Source of the DNA: an uncultured Candidatus Bathyarchaeia archaeon
Lineage (GTDB): Archaea; Thermoproteota; Bathyarchaeia; 40CM-2-53-6; RBG-13-38-9
Reading direction: 5' to 3'
Assembly: GCA_964480955.1 (NCBI GenBank)
Contig: CAYZRW010000005.1
Coordinates: forward strand, 26,279 to 90,278
DNA: 64,000 nucleotides
The position numbers and the translations under genes are program-made. The notes beneath the pieces were generated by a model. The model was not told the origin of the DNA, made no database searches, and was given only the letters and a program-made list of their open reading frames with translations. Position 1 is the first letter of the stretch. Each line of letters starts with the position of its first letter. Below, one piece after another: positions 39,764 to 49,884 of this stretch.

Positions 39764-40171
39764 ATGGCCAAGAAACAGATTGGGCCCAGAGTCTCGAGCC
39801 TTGTTCTGAAGGACTTCCTCAAGGTCTGCAGGTCCGAGGGTCTCAGTCTGGGCGAAGCCGTACAGGTCTTGATGGAGAAGGCTAACAAGCTCGGTAGCAT
39901 CAATGAGCTCAGAATGGCTGTGGAGGCGTATGATAAGAGGCTTCACGAGTCAAACTGTCTAGCTTTGGAGGTGGAGGCTACGAGGCTTGAGAATTGCCTC
40001 AGGAAGGATAGGGAACGTCTCCGGCAGGGACGAGGCCCCTCAGACTACTGGAATCCTAAACAGTCAATAGAGAAGATAATCGTGATGCTCAGTAAGGTCG
40101 ATGATCCGGTGTTGGTGGAGAAGGCGAAGAACTTGGTCAAGGAGGCAGCTGACTTCTACACAAGCAACTAG
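39764..40171 (+). CDS. Hypothetical protein, possibly with an N-terminal ribbon-helix-helix-like fold and a C-terminal helical region
   Basis: 135-aa ORF. Residues about 8-45 (RVSSLVLKDFLKVCRSEGLSLGEAVQVLMEK) fit a β-strand, helix, Gly-turn, helix pattern. There are no other recognisable motifs. Confidence 0.35.
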   Translation: MAKKQIGPRVSSLVLKDFLKVCRSEGLSLGEAVQVLMEKANKLGSINELRMAVEAYDKRLHESNCLALEVEATRLENCLRKDRERLRQGRGPSDYWNPKQSIEKIIVMLSKVDDPVLVEKAKNLVKEAADFYTSN

Positions 40172-40420
40172 TCTTTCAGACAGTCTCTTCTCTTATCTTG
40201 CTGACTGTCTCGTGACCCCCTAATCATGATCTAGCCGGGGGATTCTCTGTTTTCTGTCTTGAGAGGTATATCCACCGCCCATACGCCGGTGGGGGGTTGG
40301 TTTGGTAACGGTTTTGGTAATTGCAGTCCAGTGTGCGCTAGAATCTCCAGAAACAGCCTCAACCTTGCTTTGTATGCTCTCAGGATCTGTACATATCATG
40401 AGGATAATGCGACATCAGTG

Positions 40421-40810
40421 TCATTCTCTGTATATGTAGCAAGTTATGCCCGCGATCAAGATGAGGACGGCTCCCGCTCCCACCATTTGGGACCCTGTCG
40501 CCCAAGCTGTGCTCAGAAGAACCGCACCTATCACTACCCCTCTTACTCCTGCACTAGCAAGCTTCCTCTTGGCGATCATGTTGAAACAGTCGAATCCCAG
40601 TATTGCAGCCACAATCTCGATTATGACGGCTACCAAAGAGACATATGGAAGTGGCTCGCGAAGCCTGAAAGCCGGATAGACCGTTGTTATCGGCAGGCTC
40701 AGAATGGAGATTATGAGAACTATTACCGAGCCCAGCAGGAAGAATGCGGATGCTAGGTCCAGAAGGGTCTTTCTGCTGAATGATTCAGGCATATCTCGCG
40801 CCCCGCACAT
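40421..40810 (-). CDS. Hypothetical small membrane protein (3-4 TM segments)
   Basis: 129-aa ORF with strongly hydrophobic segments. It overlaps a weaker 165-aa ORF on the + strand, which was rejected. Confidence 0.35.
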   Translation of the reverse strand: MCGARDMPESFSRKTLLDLASAFFLLGSVIVLIISILSLPITTVYPAFRLREPLPYVSLVAVIIEIVAAILGFDCFNMIAKRKLASAGVRGVVIGAVLLSTAWATGSQMVGAGAVLILIAGITCYIYRE

Positions 40811-41019
40811 AATATCAAACTACTGTATTTAGAGATTTCGAGTTGTAGCGGGTCCTGAAGAGAGACCCGACGTGAATCAGAGTTGTGTGTTGACGATTGG
40901 CTTAGGGCTGGTCAGCTTCCAAGCGGAGTGTGGCGCCAATGACACCAACATCGCTGACGGCTGGCTGCAGGCTTACTTATATCCTCGGAGGGCCAGTTGT
41001 GGCTCTCAGGTGCGAAGGC

Positions 41020-41562
41020 ATGGACGTTTCAGGCTTCATCAATATGCTTCAAGCGACTCTAGGTCCAGTCGTGATGATTTCAAGCTCAGCCCTAATCTGC
41101 CTGATAATTCAGACCAGATACGGGAGGATTGTTGATAGGATCCGACAGTTGATAGGGGAGCAACGCCGCCTTCAGGAGGCGGAAAGATCGAAAGAATCAC
41201 CGTCAGGCGCAACCTCTGACTTGCGATTGAAGAGGCTCAGAAACGTTGACTCTCAGATCGAGCTTCTGTTGAGGAGGGGATCCAAACTTAAACGGGCCCT
41301 CTTCTTAACCTTCTCAGCGGTCTTCTCTTTCATCTTCACTTCCTTCCTGATACTCGTAGGCTACATGGTCGGGCCTGCGTCGACATCGATGATAATTGGA
41401 TTTGTGGGATTAGCATTCTTCCTTGGGATGTTCTTCCTTCTGCTTGGCGCAGTCATCACTGTCAATGAGATCGCGAATTCGTACGATGCGATCTCAAAGG
41501 AGGTCAGATTCGCAAGGTTCGAAGCATCATCCGTGGATCAGATGTCCGAGGATAGGTCCTGA
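41020..41562 (+). CDS. Hypothetical membrane protein (DUF2721-like, 3 TM segments)
   Basis: About 180 aa from an internal Met. It has an N-terminal TM segment, a charged helical middle and two C-terminal TM segments. Confidence 0.35.
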   Translation: MDVSGFINMLQATLGPVVMISSSALICLIIQTRYGRIVDRIRQLIGEQRRLQEAERSKESPSGATSDLRLKRLRNVDSQIELLLRRGSKLKRALFLTFSAVFSFIFTSFLILVGYMVGPASTSMIIGFVGLAFFLGMFFLLLGAVITVNEIANSYDAISKEVRFARFEASSVDQMSEDRS

Positions 41563-41664
41563 AGCAAGCTTCGACTAAGTTTCGCCTTCATGGAAGACCA
41601 ATCGATTTGACAACAGCCAAGTAACTGCCCGATACTGGGAATCACAGGCATAGCGCTACAGGAA

Positions 41665-42381
41665 CTATCGTTTAGAGATTTTCTCCCTATGCCTTCTATC
41701 AAGTTCTCTGAATACTTCTCCAAGTTTTGCTTTCTTGGATGCAAGGAGGATCATAAGATGAAAGATCAGGTCTGTCGTTTCGGATACGAGGCTGTCTGGC
41801 TTATCCTTGGCTGCCAGTATGACCTCTGTAGACTCTTCACTGATCTTCCCTAGAATTGCGCTCTCCCCTTCATCTACCAGGTTCCTGACGTAGGATCTCT
41901 TGTCTCCAGTCTTTATACGATCAAGTATTATCTCATAGACCTTGTTGAGTATTGACGCATCCGGGTAGGTTTCCTCCTCCGGGACGATAGGGTTGTGAAA
42001 GCAGCTTTCCTTGTCTGTGTGGCAGCAGGGGCCTATCTGTTGGACTTTGACCAAGACTGCATCGTTATCGCAGTCCAAGCTCACGTTCTGAACGATAGAG
42101 AAGTGTCCTGACTCCTCACCCTTCATCCAGAGCCTCTTTCTGGTGCGGCTCCAGAAGTGGGTCTTGCCTGTGACAAGGGTTAGGATGAGCGCCTCCCTAT
42201 TCATATATGCCTGCATCAGAACCTTGTTGCTTGACGCGTCCTGCACTATCGCTGGGATCAAACCGTCTTCTTTCTCGAAGTTCACCGTGTTAGCCAGCTG
42301 CTCCGCCTCATCCCTGCTCATCTGCAAGACCACTAACCCCTCGTCCTCCCCATTGGTCTTAGAGTCTGACTGGTACTCCAC
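41665..42381 (-). CDS. hisI: Bifunctional phosphoribosyl-AMP cyclohydrolase / phosphoribosyl-ATP pyrophosphatase
   Basis: 238 aa: an N-terminal HisI domain ([27 protein letters not shown]...C...H) and a C-terminal HisE domain ([12 protein letters not shown]). Confidence 0.85.
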   Translation of the reverse strand: MEYQSDSKTNGEDEGLVVLQMSRDEAEQLANTVNFEKEDGLIPAIVQDASSNKVLMQAYMNREALILTLVTGKTHFWSRTRKRLWMKGEESGHFSIVQNVSLDCDNDAVLVKVQQIGPCCHTDKESCFHNPIVPEEETYPDASILNKVYEIILDRIKTGDKRSYVRNLVDEGESAILGKISEESTEVILAAKDKPDSLVSETTDLIFHLMILLASKKAKLGEVFRELDRRHREKISKR

Positions 42382-43159
42382 GCTCTGAAAGGTACTCCTT
42401 AACCTTCAAGACAGGGAATATGTCTCTGTGGAAGATAGATGCTGCCAGTGCAGCGTCGGCGGCTCCCTCAACCAAGACCTGTCTAATATGCTCTGGTTCA
42501 CCGGCGCCCCCGCTTGCTATGATGGGTATGTTTACAGTCTCAGAGACTTTCCGTGTGAGAGGTATGTCGTAACCAGACTGTGTCCCATCATAGTCCATGC
42601 TTGTGAGAAGGATTTCGCCAGCCCCTAACTGCTCTACGCGTTCCGCCCATTCAACTGCATCCATGCCGGCGGCCGTTCTTCCCCCCTCTACGTAGACTTC
42701 CCACCAGCAAGCGCCTTCGGGAGTTTCCACGACTGTCTTACCCTCAGTTTTTTCATAGACCCTCTTTGCGTCTATCGCCACGACGATGCACTGCGAACCG
42801 AAGGCCTGAGCTGATTCTTCAATTAGGGTCGGATCCTTGACGGCGCCTGTATTTATGGAGACCTTGTCAGCCCCTGAACCAAGGATCTCCCTGATACTGT
42901 CTAGTGAACGTATCCCGCCCCCCACTGTGAAGGGTATGAACAATGTCTCAGCGGTCCTCGTAACGACGTTTAGCAGTATCTTTCTTCTCTCGAAGGACGC
43001 TGTAATATCTAGGAAGACAACTTCATCGGCCCCTTCCATTCCGTAAGTCTCAGCCAGTCTGGCTGGGTCGCCTTCCTCTCTCAGGTTCTTGAATCGGACC
43101 CCTTTGACTACCTTACCTTCTTTGACATCGAGGCAAGGAATTATTCTCTTAACAAGCAT
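42359..43159 (-). CDS. hisF: Imidazole glycerol phosphate synthase, cyclase subunit
   Basis: [18 protein letters not shown] and ASGGAG motifs are present. Confidence 0.9.
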   Translation of the reverse strand: MLVKRIIPCLDVKEGKVVKGVRFKNLREEGDPARLAETYGMEGADEVVFLDITASFERRKILLNVVTRTAETLFIPFTVGGGIRSLDSIREILGSGADKVSINTGAVKDPTLIEESAQAFGSQCIVVAIDAKRVYEKTEGKTVVETPEGACWWEVYVEGGRTAAGMDAVEWAERVEQLGAGEILLTSMDYDGTQSGYDIPLTRKVSETVNIPIIASGGAGEPEHIRQVLVEGAADAALAASIFHRDIFPVLKVKEYLSERGVPVRL

Positions 43160-43871
43160 TTCTAGCAGCCTCCAGAGCCTCTTTCAGACTGAACCTGTTC
43201 TCGTATAGGGCTGTGCCGACGATGACTCCCTGGACGCCTATCTTGGCTAGGGCCCGTATGTCCTCTAGGCTCCTTATTCCGCCTGACGCTATGACTGGGA
43301 TGCTTAACGAGCGGACAAGCCTCTTTGTGTCGCTGAGCGCTGGGCCGCTCAGGGTCCCGTCAGCGTTTACGGATGTGAATACTATTGTTCCGACGCCTAC
43401 AGCTTCCAGTCTCTTTGCGACCTCAACATACTCTAGGGATGTTTTGCTCCTCCAACCCTCTATCGTTGGGCTGCCGTTCTTGACGTCTATTGCTGCGGCG
43501 ACTCTGTCTTTACCGCAGGCTGTTACAACTTCAGAGATGAGTTCGGGTTTTCTGACGCACGCGGTTCCAAAGATCACCCTTGCCACTCCAAGACTCAGAA
43601 TCTCCTTGGCTTTCTCCAGTGTTCTTATTCCGCCTCCGACCTGAGTCCCTATGCAGACTGACCTCATGATCCTGCTTATGGTCTTGGTGTTGTCTCCAAG
43701 ACCCAATGCAGCATCCAGGTCAATTATGTGGAGAATCTCAGCGCCCTGAGATTGAAAGAATCTCGCGGCGTCTTCCGGGTTTTCGTAGTACTGTTTTGAT
43801 TTGGAAGGGTCTCCCTGAAAGAGGCGGACGCACCTTCCACGCATCAGGTCAATAGCCGGTATTACTATCAT
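43149..43871 (-). CDS. hisA: ProFAR isomerase
   Basis: IPAIDL, GGGIR and ASGGI motifs are present. Confidence 0.9.
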   Translation of the reverse strand: MIVIPAIDLMRGRCVRLFQGDPSKSKQYYENPEDAARFFQSQGAEILHIIDLDAALGLGDNTKTISRIMRSVCIGTQVGGGIRTLEKAKEILSLGVARVIFGTACVRKPELISEVVTACGKDRVAAAIDVKNGSPTIEGWRSKTSLEYVEVAKRLEAVGVGTIVFTSVNADGTLSGPALSDTKRLVRSLSIPVIASGGIRSLEDIRALAKIGVQGVIVGTALYENRFSLKEALEAARNAC

Positions 43872-43879
43872 ACGCTACT

Positions 43880-44488
43880 CTACTTCTCTGCTATCTTGAC
43901 GAAATTCCGCAGTATTGTCAAACCTCTCTCTCCACTCTTTTCAGGGTGGAATTGGGTTGCGAATATGTCTCCCCGCTCAAGAATTGATGGAAACTTCACA
44001 CCATATTCTGTTCTGGCAACTATATCATCTAGGCTCTCTGGTTTTGCATAGTATGAGTGGACGAAGTACATGTAGGAATTGTCTGGGACTCCCTCAATAA
44101 TGGGGCTGGCTCTTGAGAATTCAACGTTGTTCCATCCGATTTGGGGGAGTTTTACATTCCTCGGCAGCTTCACAACCTCTCCCTTCAGAAGGTTGAGTCC
44201 CTCCGTGACGCTTCCCTCATAACTCCTAGTGAACATGAGTTGGAGTCCCAAGCATATTCCAAGTAATGGTTTCCCATTCTCTGCTTCTTGAACTATTGAC
44301 TCTGCAAGGTGAGTGAGGTTCCTCTTTGCTACTGCGAAGGCGCCGACCCCTGGGAGAACTATGGCGTCAGAATCCCTCAAGTTGACTAGTCCACTCGTTA
44401 TCCGTACCGTTGCACCTGCTTTCTCAAGTCCCTTCTTTACACTGTGCAGATTTCCAACACCGTAATTCATGATGGTTATCGCGGGCAC
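43880..44488 (-). CDS. hisH: Imidazole glycerol phosphate synthase, glutaminase subunit
   Basis: Class I glutamine amidotransferase (GICLGLQ, FHPE). Confidence 0.9.
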   Translation of the reverse strand: MPAITIMNYGVGNLHSVKKGLEKAGATVRITSGLVNLRDSDAIVLPGVGAFAVAKRNLTHLAESIVQEAENGKPLLGICLGLQLMFTRSYEGSVTEGLNLLKGEVVKLPRNVKLPQIGWNNVEFSRASPIIEGVPDNSYMYFVHSYYAKPESLDDIVARTEYGVKFPSILERGDIFATQFHPEKSGERGLTILRNFVKIAEK

Positions 44489-44489
44489 T

Positions 44490-45068
44490 CTATAATTCGC
44501 CTTTTGTGCTGGGAATAATATTGGAGATCCGGGGTTCTGGTGAACATGCTTCCCTCAAAGCCAACGCTAGGGCCTTTGTTGCAGCCTCTATCTTGTGGTG
44601 ACTGTTGGTTCCATACAAGGTTGCTATGTGAATGTTTAATTTTGATGATTGTGCCAGGGACATGAAGAAGTGTTCTATGTCTTCTGTCTTCAGGTCCTCA
44701 ACTTCTGTTGAATCGATCTTCAGATCCATGTTTATGTACGGTCTTCCCCCTAGGTCCACTACTGCTCTGGCTAGAGAATCGTCCATTGGGACGTGGGCTG
44801 CGCCGAATCTCTTTATTCCTCTCTTGTCCCCCAAAGCTTTGCCGATAGCCTCTCCGAGTGTCAACGCTACGTCTTCTGCGAGGTGATGTTTGAGGTCTCC
44901 TGATGCCTTTACCTCTATGTCCATGAGGGAGTGTTTGGCGAGAGTTGTCAGTAGATGATTGAGAAACCTGTTTCCAGTATCTACCTCTGCTCTTCCTTTG
45001 CCGTCTAGATCAAGCTTTACAGAAATCTTGACTTCAGCCGTCTCTCTTTCAGTTACTACTTCTCTCAA
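44490..45068 (-). CDS. hisB: Imidazoleglycerol-phosphate dehydratase (monofunctional)
   Basis: 192 aa, IGPD domain only (TGNRFLNHLL, DLHH-type metal motifs). Confidence 0.85.
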   Translation of the reverse strand: MREVVTERETAEVKISVKLDLDGKGRAEVDTGNRFLNHLLTTLAKHSLMDIEVKASGDLKHHLAEDVALTLGEAIGKALGDKRGIKRFGAAHVPMDDSLARAVVDLGGRPYINMDLKIDSTEVEDLKTEDIEHFFMSLAQSSKLNIHIATLYGTNSHHKIEAATKALALALREACSPEPRISNIIPSTKGEL

Positions 45069-45073
45069 CTTTC

Positions 45074-46267
45074 TTACGTTCCGACTATATCAAAGACTGT
45101 AGGTAATGAATTTGTATCCTTAACTATTACTTCAGCTCCCAGCTCCATAAATTTGCTCTTCAAGCCCTCCTCTTCAGCCGATGAAGATAACGTGCCGATG
45201 AAGATCAGGCTTCGAGCCTCGAGTTTCCTAGCGTTCTTCACCATCAAGGCGTCTGCAACTGTATCTCCTATGTAGGCGAGGCTCATCTGTTCTCCACAGA
45301 CTTTCTTGAATAGATGTACAAAAGCTCTTGCGTCCGGCTTCCCCCAGCCTGAACCAGAACGCTCCGTAAAGTGGGTTCCCTTAATGTCTTCGTTGAAGAA
45401 CGTTGCTTTCCTGTCGAAGTAGCTGAGAAGGTTGTGTCTTTGCAGGATGTAGAACCCTTCCTTTCTAGGCCTCTCAGAATACAGTGCAAAAGGGCCAAAA
45501 CTTGCCTTCAGTCTATCCAGCGTCTGCATGGTCGGAATCTTCTCCTCCCTATCTATCAGCCCTTCTGCAAAACGAAAGAAGGATTTCTTCCCGCTGAACC
45601 TTTCATATAGGGTGCTTCCCAAGTAGATTTCGTCGAAGAGCCTTCTCAGTAGATCGTCTCCCTCAGTATCGAACGGACAGAACGTCTCCATAGCCTCAAG
45701 CTCTGCCCTCCCGAGTTTTAAGGTTCGACCGACAGGCTTCAGAATTGGGATGTTTGCCTTCTCACTGAATTCCTCAACTAGGCTGTTGAAGCCGACTAGC
45801 CGATCTGTCTTCATTCTCTCTAGGTATGCCGTGTCGATCCCCAGTTGGCCAGCTCTTGCTCCCAAGTCTTTCAGCCTTTCCAGAATGTCCTTGAGAGGTT
45901 CTCCTTTGAGTTCAGCAATTCTTCCGAGCTGGACCTCGCCCTGTAGTCTTCGTATCATCAAGCCCAGATAGTAGGTTATCAACGCGTATGTGAGATTCCA
46001 ATCGTTGTTGAACGCTCCTGTATCTTTGATCTTCTGGATGTCTTCCTGAGTCACCAGACATCGCTCTTCTCCCTTGAGTCCGACAATTCTCAGGAAATAG
46101 TAGTCGACTGAGCGAGCTATGGCCTGCCTGTAGGAGTCCCTGTCTGAAACTATCACTCCATCACAGTCGAAGATTAGCTTCTTAACCGTCGAGATTAGTG
46201 AATCCGCATCGGCCCTGCATAGGATCTCTTCGCCCCCTAAGTTGCGGTATGAGTATCTGCTTGTCAA
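45074..46267 (-). CDS. HAD-superfamily hydrolase with a large cap domain, embedded in the his operon (candidate histidinol-phosphate phosphatase)
   Basis: 397 aa. HAD motif I is DCDGVIV at about residue 34. Motif IV-like IGDTVADA lies near the C-terminus. A roughly 250-aa region sits between them. The gene is located between hisB and hisC. Confidence 0.55.
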   Translation of the reverse strand: MTSRYSYRNLGGEEILCRADADSLISTVKKLIFDCDGVIVSDRDSYRQAIARSVDYYFLRIVGLKGEERCLVTQEDIQKIKDTGAFNNDWNLTYALITYYLGLMIRRLQGEVQLGRIAELKGEPLKDILERLKDLGARAGQLGIDTAYLERMKTDRLVGFNSLVEEFSEKANIPILKPVGRTLKLGRAELEAMETFCPFDTEGDDLLRRLFDEIYLGSTLYERFSGKKSFFRFAEGLIDREEKIPTMQTLDRLKASFGPFALYSERPRKEGFYILQRHNLLSYFDRKATFFNEDIKGTHFTERSGSGWGKPDARAFVHLFKKVCGEQMSLAYIGDTVADALMVKNARKLEARSLIFIGTLSSSAEEEGLKSKFMELGAEVIVKDTNSLPTVFDIVGT

Positions 46268-47355
46268 TCTAGGATGCGCCCTAACTCCTCTAGAAACCTC
46301 TTGTTTGAAGGCCTCGTCCCTACAGTCACCCTTAGACAGTTCTGTAGCAGTGGGACTTTTCCTCTATCTTTGATGAGGATTCCTTTTCCCCTTAGCTCGG
46401 ACTGAATTCTGGACGACGATTTTTCGTGGTCGACTTTGAAAAGAATGAAGTTTGCATCTGATGGATAGGGTGTGACTCCCCTAATCTGTCTAAGCTGACT
46501 TAGCAACCATTCTCTCTCTTTCTTAACATCTTCGAAGATCTTCTTGAAGTAGTCATATCGCTGGAGGACCTCTACTACTGCCTGTTGGGCAAGAGAACTC
46601 ACGTTGAAGGGATGGACAGTCTTCTTCATCGCTTCGACCAGCTCTTGGTCAGCTATGAGGTATCCAGTCCTTATCCCGGCAAGACCGAATGCTTTGGAAA
46701 AAGATCTGAGGACAACAAGATTCCTATACTTGCTCGTCCACTCTAGGATTGAGTACTTTCCAAACTCCACATATGTCTCATCAATAGCCACGACTGAGTG
46801 ACACCTGTCCAGCAGATCTTCCAAGTCACTCTTCTCGAATTGGTTTCCTGTAGGGTTGTTGGGTGAACATATGAAAACGAGTTGGGAGTCACGTGAAGCA
46901 TCTATCAACGAATCTGTGTCTAGGCTGAAGTCTGGTTTTAACATGACTTCGACTTTCTGTCCTTGACACAACTGTGTGTAGTACGTATACATGAAGAATG
47001 TTGGTTCGGCCACGACAACTTTCGATCCTTTGTCCACAAGGACCCTAACCAGCCTATCCAGAACATCGTCGATACCATTTCCCAGAAAGAGTCGTGAGGG
47101 TTCCATATCGTGAAACCTCGCAATCGCCTGAACTGCGGGTCCTCCGTGAGGTCTTGGGTACTCCCTAGGGTCAATCTTCCTCAGTGCGGCTTCCAATATC
47201 TTGGTCAGCTCAACCTTCTCAACTAGGGGGTTCTCGTTCAGGCTCATTCTGACAAGATTCGTCAAGTTATCCGTTGGGAAATCATCGTCGAGTCTGTAGG
47301 GAGATATCTCCAGAAACTCCTTGCGTATGACCTTTCTGAACGCCATTCTAGACAC
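46264..47355 (-). CDS. hisC: Histidinol-phosphate aminotransferase
   Basis: Class II PLP aminotransferase, 363 aa (LNENP, SFSKAFGLAGIR). Confidence 0.85.
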   Translation of the reverse strand: MSRMAFRKVIRKEFLEISPYRLDDDFPTDNLTNLVRMSLNENPLVEKVELTKILEAALRKIDPREYPRPHGGPAVQAIARFHDMEPSRLFLGNGIDDVLDRLVRVLVDKGSKVVVAEPTFFMYTYYTQLCQGQKVEVMLKPDFSLDTDSLIDASRDSQLVFICSPNNPTGNQFEKSDLEDLLDRCHSVVAIDETYVEFGKYSILEWTSKYRNLVVLRSFSKAFGLAGIRTGYLIADQELVEAMKKTVHPFNVSSLAQQAVVEVLQRYDYFKKIFEDVKKEREWLLSQLRQIRGVTPYPSDANFILFKVDHEKSSSRIQSELRGKGILIKDRGKVPLLQNCLRVTVGTRPSNKRFLEELGRILD

Positions 47356-48637
47356 CTCTGACAGTTATCGATCTTGAGTGTGCCGGTAGATTCTCAATCT
47401 CGGCGAGAGTCACCGTTGTTTTGGCCAGTCTCTTTAACCCTTTTCTTGAGCAGCGAACGTAACTGATGGTCTTTAGGAAATCCCTGACTGAGAGCCCTGA
47501 GTAGGTTCTGGCGTATCCACCTGTCGGCAAGACGTGGTTCGTTCCGGCGGAGTAATCACCGAGGGCGACTGGGGAATATTGCCCGATGAATATGAGGCCT
47601 GCATTCCTTATCTCTCTGAGTAGTGACTGAGGGTTCTTTGTCATTATCATTAAGTGTTCTGGTGCGATCTGGTTTGTTAACATCACGGCTTCCTTTAGGT
47701 CCCCAACTACTACTATTAAGCCTCTATTTTCCAAGGCGGCTTTGGCAGTCTCAGGTCTTGGCATAGTCTTGAGCATCTCTGCTATTGCTTCTCTGACCTC
47801 ATTCGCTATACTCTCTGAATCAGTTAGCAGAATACAGCTTGCATTTTCATCATGTTCAGCTTGTGCCAGCAGATCTGCTGCGATGAATTCAGCTTCAGCA
47901 TTCACGTCGGCTATGACGAGTATCTCGCTCGGTCCAGCTGGAAGATCGACTGAAACGTATCTGCTCAGAAGCTGCTTGGCTGAAGCCACGTATATGTTTC
48001 CCGGCCCAACAATTTTTTCAACACGTCCTATCGTCTTGGTGCCGTAGGCCATCGCCGCAATGGCTTGTGCGCCGCCGACACAGAAGATTTCATCCACACC
48101 TGCGATGTCTGACGCTACTAGAACGTATGGGTTAAACCTACCTTTTGGAGATGGGGGGCTGCATACTAGGATTCGGTCAACCCCAGCGACCTTGGCGGGT
48201 ATGGCGCACATCAGAACTGAGGAGGGATAGGAGGTTCTTCCTCCAGGGGCATAGATACCGACCGTGCTGATGGGTCTAGTGACTACCCCTAACGCTACGC
48301 CTCCACCAGCCTGCTCAAACCGAATTCGTTTGAGTTGCATTCTGTGAAATCTCTTGATATTTGACGCCGCTGTCCTAAGCGCCTTAACCTCGGCTGGCCG
48401 GACGAAATCGTAAGCTGCCTCAATATCATCTTGTGTTGCCTTCATGGTTCTGGGGTCCAACTTTATCCTGTCGAACTTTTGAGTCAATTCAATCAAAGCT
48501 TCGTCGCCGCGTATCCTAACCGCTTCTATCACTCCTTTGACATCATTCTCAACGTTTTCAAGCTCCAGTCGACCCCTATTCAGAATCTCCTCTAGGAGTT
48601 CGCCTTTCAAACCGTCAGATCTAGTCAGACGTATCAA
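47348..48637 (-). CDS. hisD: Histidinol dehydrogenase
   Basis: 429 aa with HisD signatures (GGAQAIAAMAYGT, QAEHD). Confidence 0.9.
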   Translation of the reverse strand: MIRLTRSDGLKGELLEEILNRGRLELENVENDVKGVIEAVRIRGDEALIELTQKFDRIKLDPRTMKATQDDIEAAYDFVRPAEVKALRTAASNIKRFHRMQLKRIRFEQAGGGVALGVVTRPISTVGIYAPGGRTSYPSSVLMCAIPAKVAGVDRILVCSPPSPKGRFNPYVLVASDIAGVDEIFCVGGAQAIAAMAYGTKTIGRVEKIVGPGNIYVASAKQLLSRYVSVDLPAGPSEILVIADVNAEAEFIAADLLAQAEHDENASCILLTDSESIANEVREAIAEMLKTMPRPETAKAALENRGLIVVVGDLKEAVMLTNQIAPEHLMIMTKNPQSLLREIRNAGLIFIGQYSPVALGDYSAGTNHVLPTGGYARTYSGLSVRDFLKTISYVRCSRKGLKRLAKTTVTLAEIENLPAHSRSITVRGV

Positions 48638-48822
48638 AGTAGCCGCCTCATATACTGGAAGTCATGGAGACACAAGGTCGATCTAATAAGTTGGCCCTCG
48701 GTTGACTTAAAGTTCATTGGGAGGACCGCACAAATAGAGGCTAAACGTGAATTGAGGAGGAAACAGTAGCCTTGGCGGGATTCTAAATCCCAGCCAAAGG
48801 AGACATACCAGGATGATCAGAG

Positions 48823-49653
48823 ATGTTTCGTAAAGTCAGTATTGCCTATCTTGGGCCCAGAGGAACCTTCACGGAACAGGCAGCGAGATCATATTTCCAA
48901 GGCACCGACGAATTTCTTGAGTATCCAGATATACCTGAGGTATTCGCCGCAGTCAACTCTAATGTTGCAGAGTTAGGAGTTGTTCCGGTTGAGAATTCCA
49001 TTGAGGGATCCGTGAACATAGCTCTTGATCTGCTCTTCGAGTCTGACTTAAAGGTTTCAGGCGAGATTGAGCAAAGGATAGTGCACAGTCTCATAACTCA
49101 AGATGAAATCGAGATCTCTAGGATAAGAGCTGTAGTTTCACATCCGCAGGCTTTAGCTCAGTGCAGGAAATTCTTGAAGACCAGACTTCCAAAAGCTGAA
49201 ACTATCGAGGTTGGCAGCACAGCCGCGGCTGTGAAAGCGATTAAAGGAACTGAAGACATGGCCGCCATTGGAAGCGAACTCGCCGCCAAGATCTACGGGA
49301 TGAGTATAGTCATGAGAAGCATAGAGGACAACAAGAACAACTTCACCCGTTTTCTCATTCTCAGTCACAAGAGGGCAGAACGAACTGGAAATGACAAAAC
49401 CTCAATCATATTCTCCGTGAGACATGCCCCAGGTGCGCTTTATGAGGCTCTTGGAGTATTCGCCAAAAGGAAGATCAACTTGACAAAGATCGAATCGAGA
49501 CCGACCCGCAAGAAGCCTTGGGAATATGTCTTCTACTGCGACTTCGAAGGCCATCAGGAAGAAGAGCTGATTCAGGATGCATTGGGCGAGCTTAGGGATA
49601 AAGCCATCTTACTCAAAGTATTGGGTTCATATCCTAAGGCCAAAGTCAGCTGA
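48823..49653 (+). CDS. pheA: Prephenate dehydratase
   Basis: PDT domain (IAYLGPRGTFTE, ESRP) plus a C-terminal ACT domain. Confidence 0.85.
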   Translation: MFRKVSIAYLGPRGTFTEQAARSYFQGTDEFLEYPDIPEVFAAVNSNVAELGVVPVENSIEGSVNIALDLLFESDLKVSGEIEQRIVHSLITQDEIEISRIRAVVSHPQALAQCRKFLKTRLPKAETIEVGSTAAAVKAIKGTEDMAAIGSELAAKIYGMSIVMRSIEDNKNNFTRFLILSHKRAERTGNDKTSIIFSVRHAPGALYEALGVFAKRKINLTKIESRPTRKKPWEYVFYCDFEGHQEEELIQDALGELRDKAILLKVLGSYPKAKVS

Positions 49654-49884
49654 GACATCACGGACTGGAAGAATCTCCTGGTCGAAGAAGGGAGTATTGG
49701 CTAGCTTAGCCGTTCAGGGATTTAGATGTAACCGGATTAGCCTCAGTAAGGGGCAGGAGGCTGAACTGGTAATCTATAGTTCCAACTATCGCGGTCACGT
49801 TCCTCTCGCGATAGCATGGGAAGAAAACTGAATCTTGGCGTGACGGCTCTTATTGGGTGCTAGGATTTCCCGCAGGTATCCACA

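Noticed and set aside
40259-40756. 165-aa ORF on the + strand
   Set aside because: It overlaps the more protein-like membrane ORF on the minus strand (40421..40810). Its sequence is Cys, His and Tyr-rich with no motif.
49681-49800. Possible tRNA or att-site in the pheA downstream spacer (palindrome ggctagcttagcc, hairpin gcctc..gaggc)
   Set aside because: No cloverleaf could be built, and there is no GTTCRANYC T-loop or matching acceptor stem. Only short hairpins are present, probably terminator-like.
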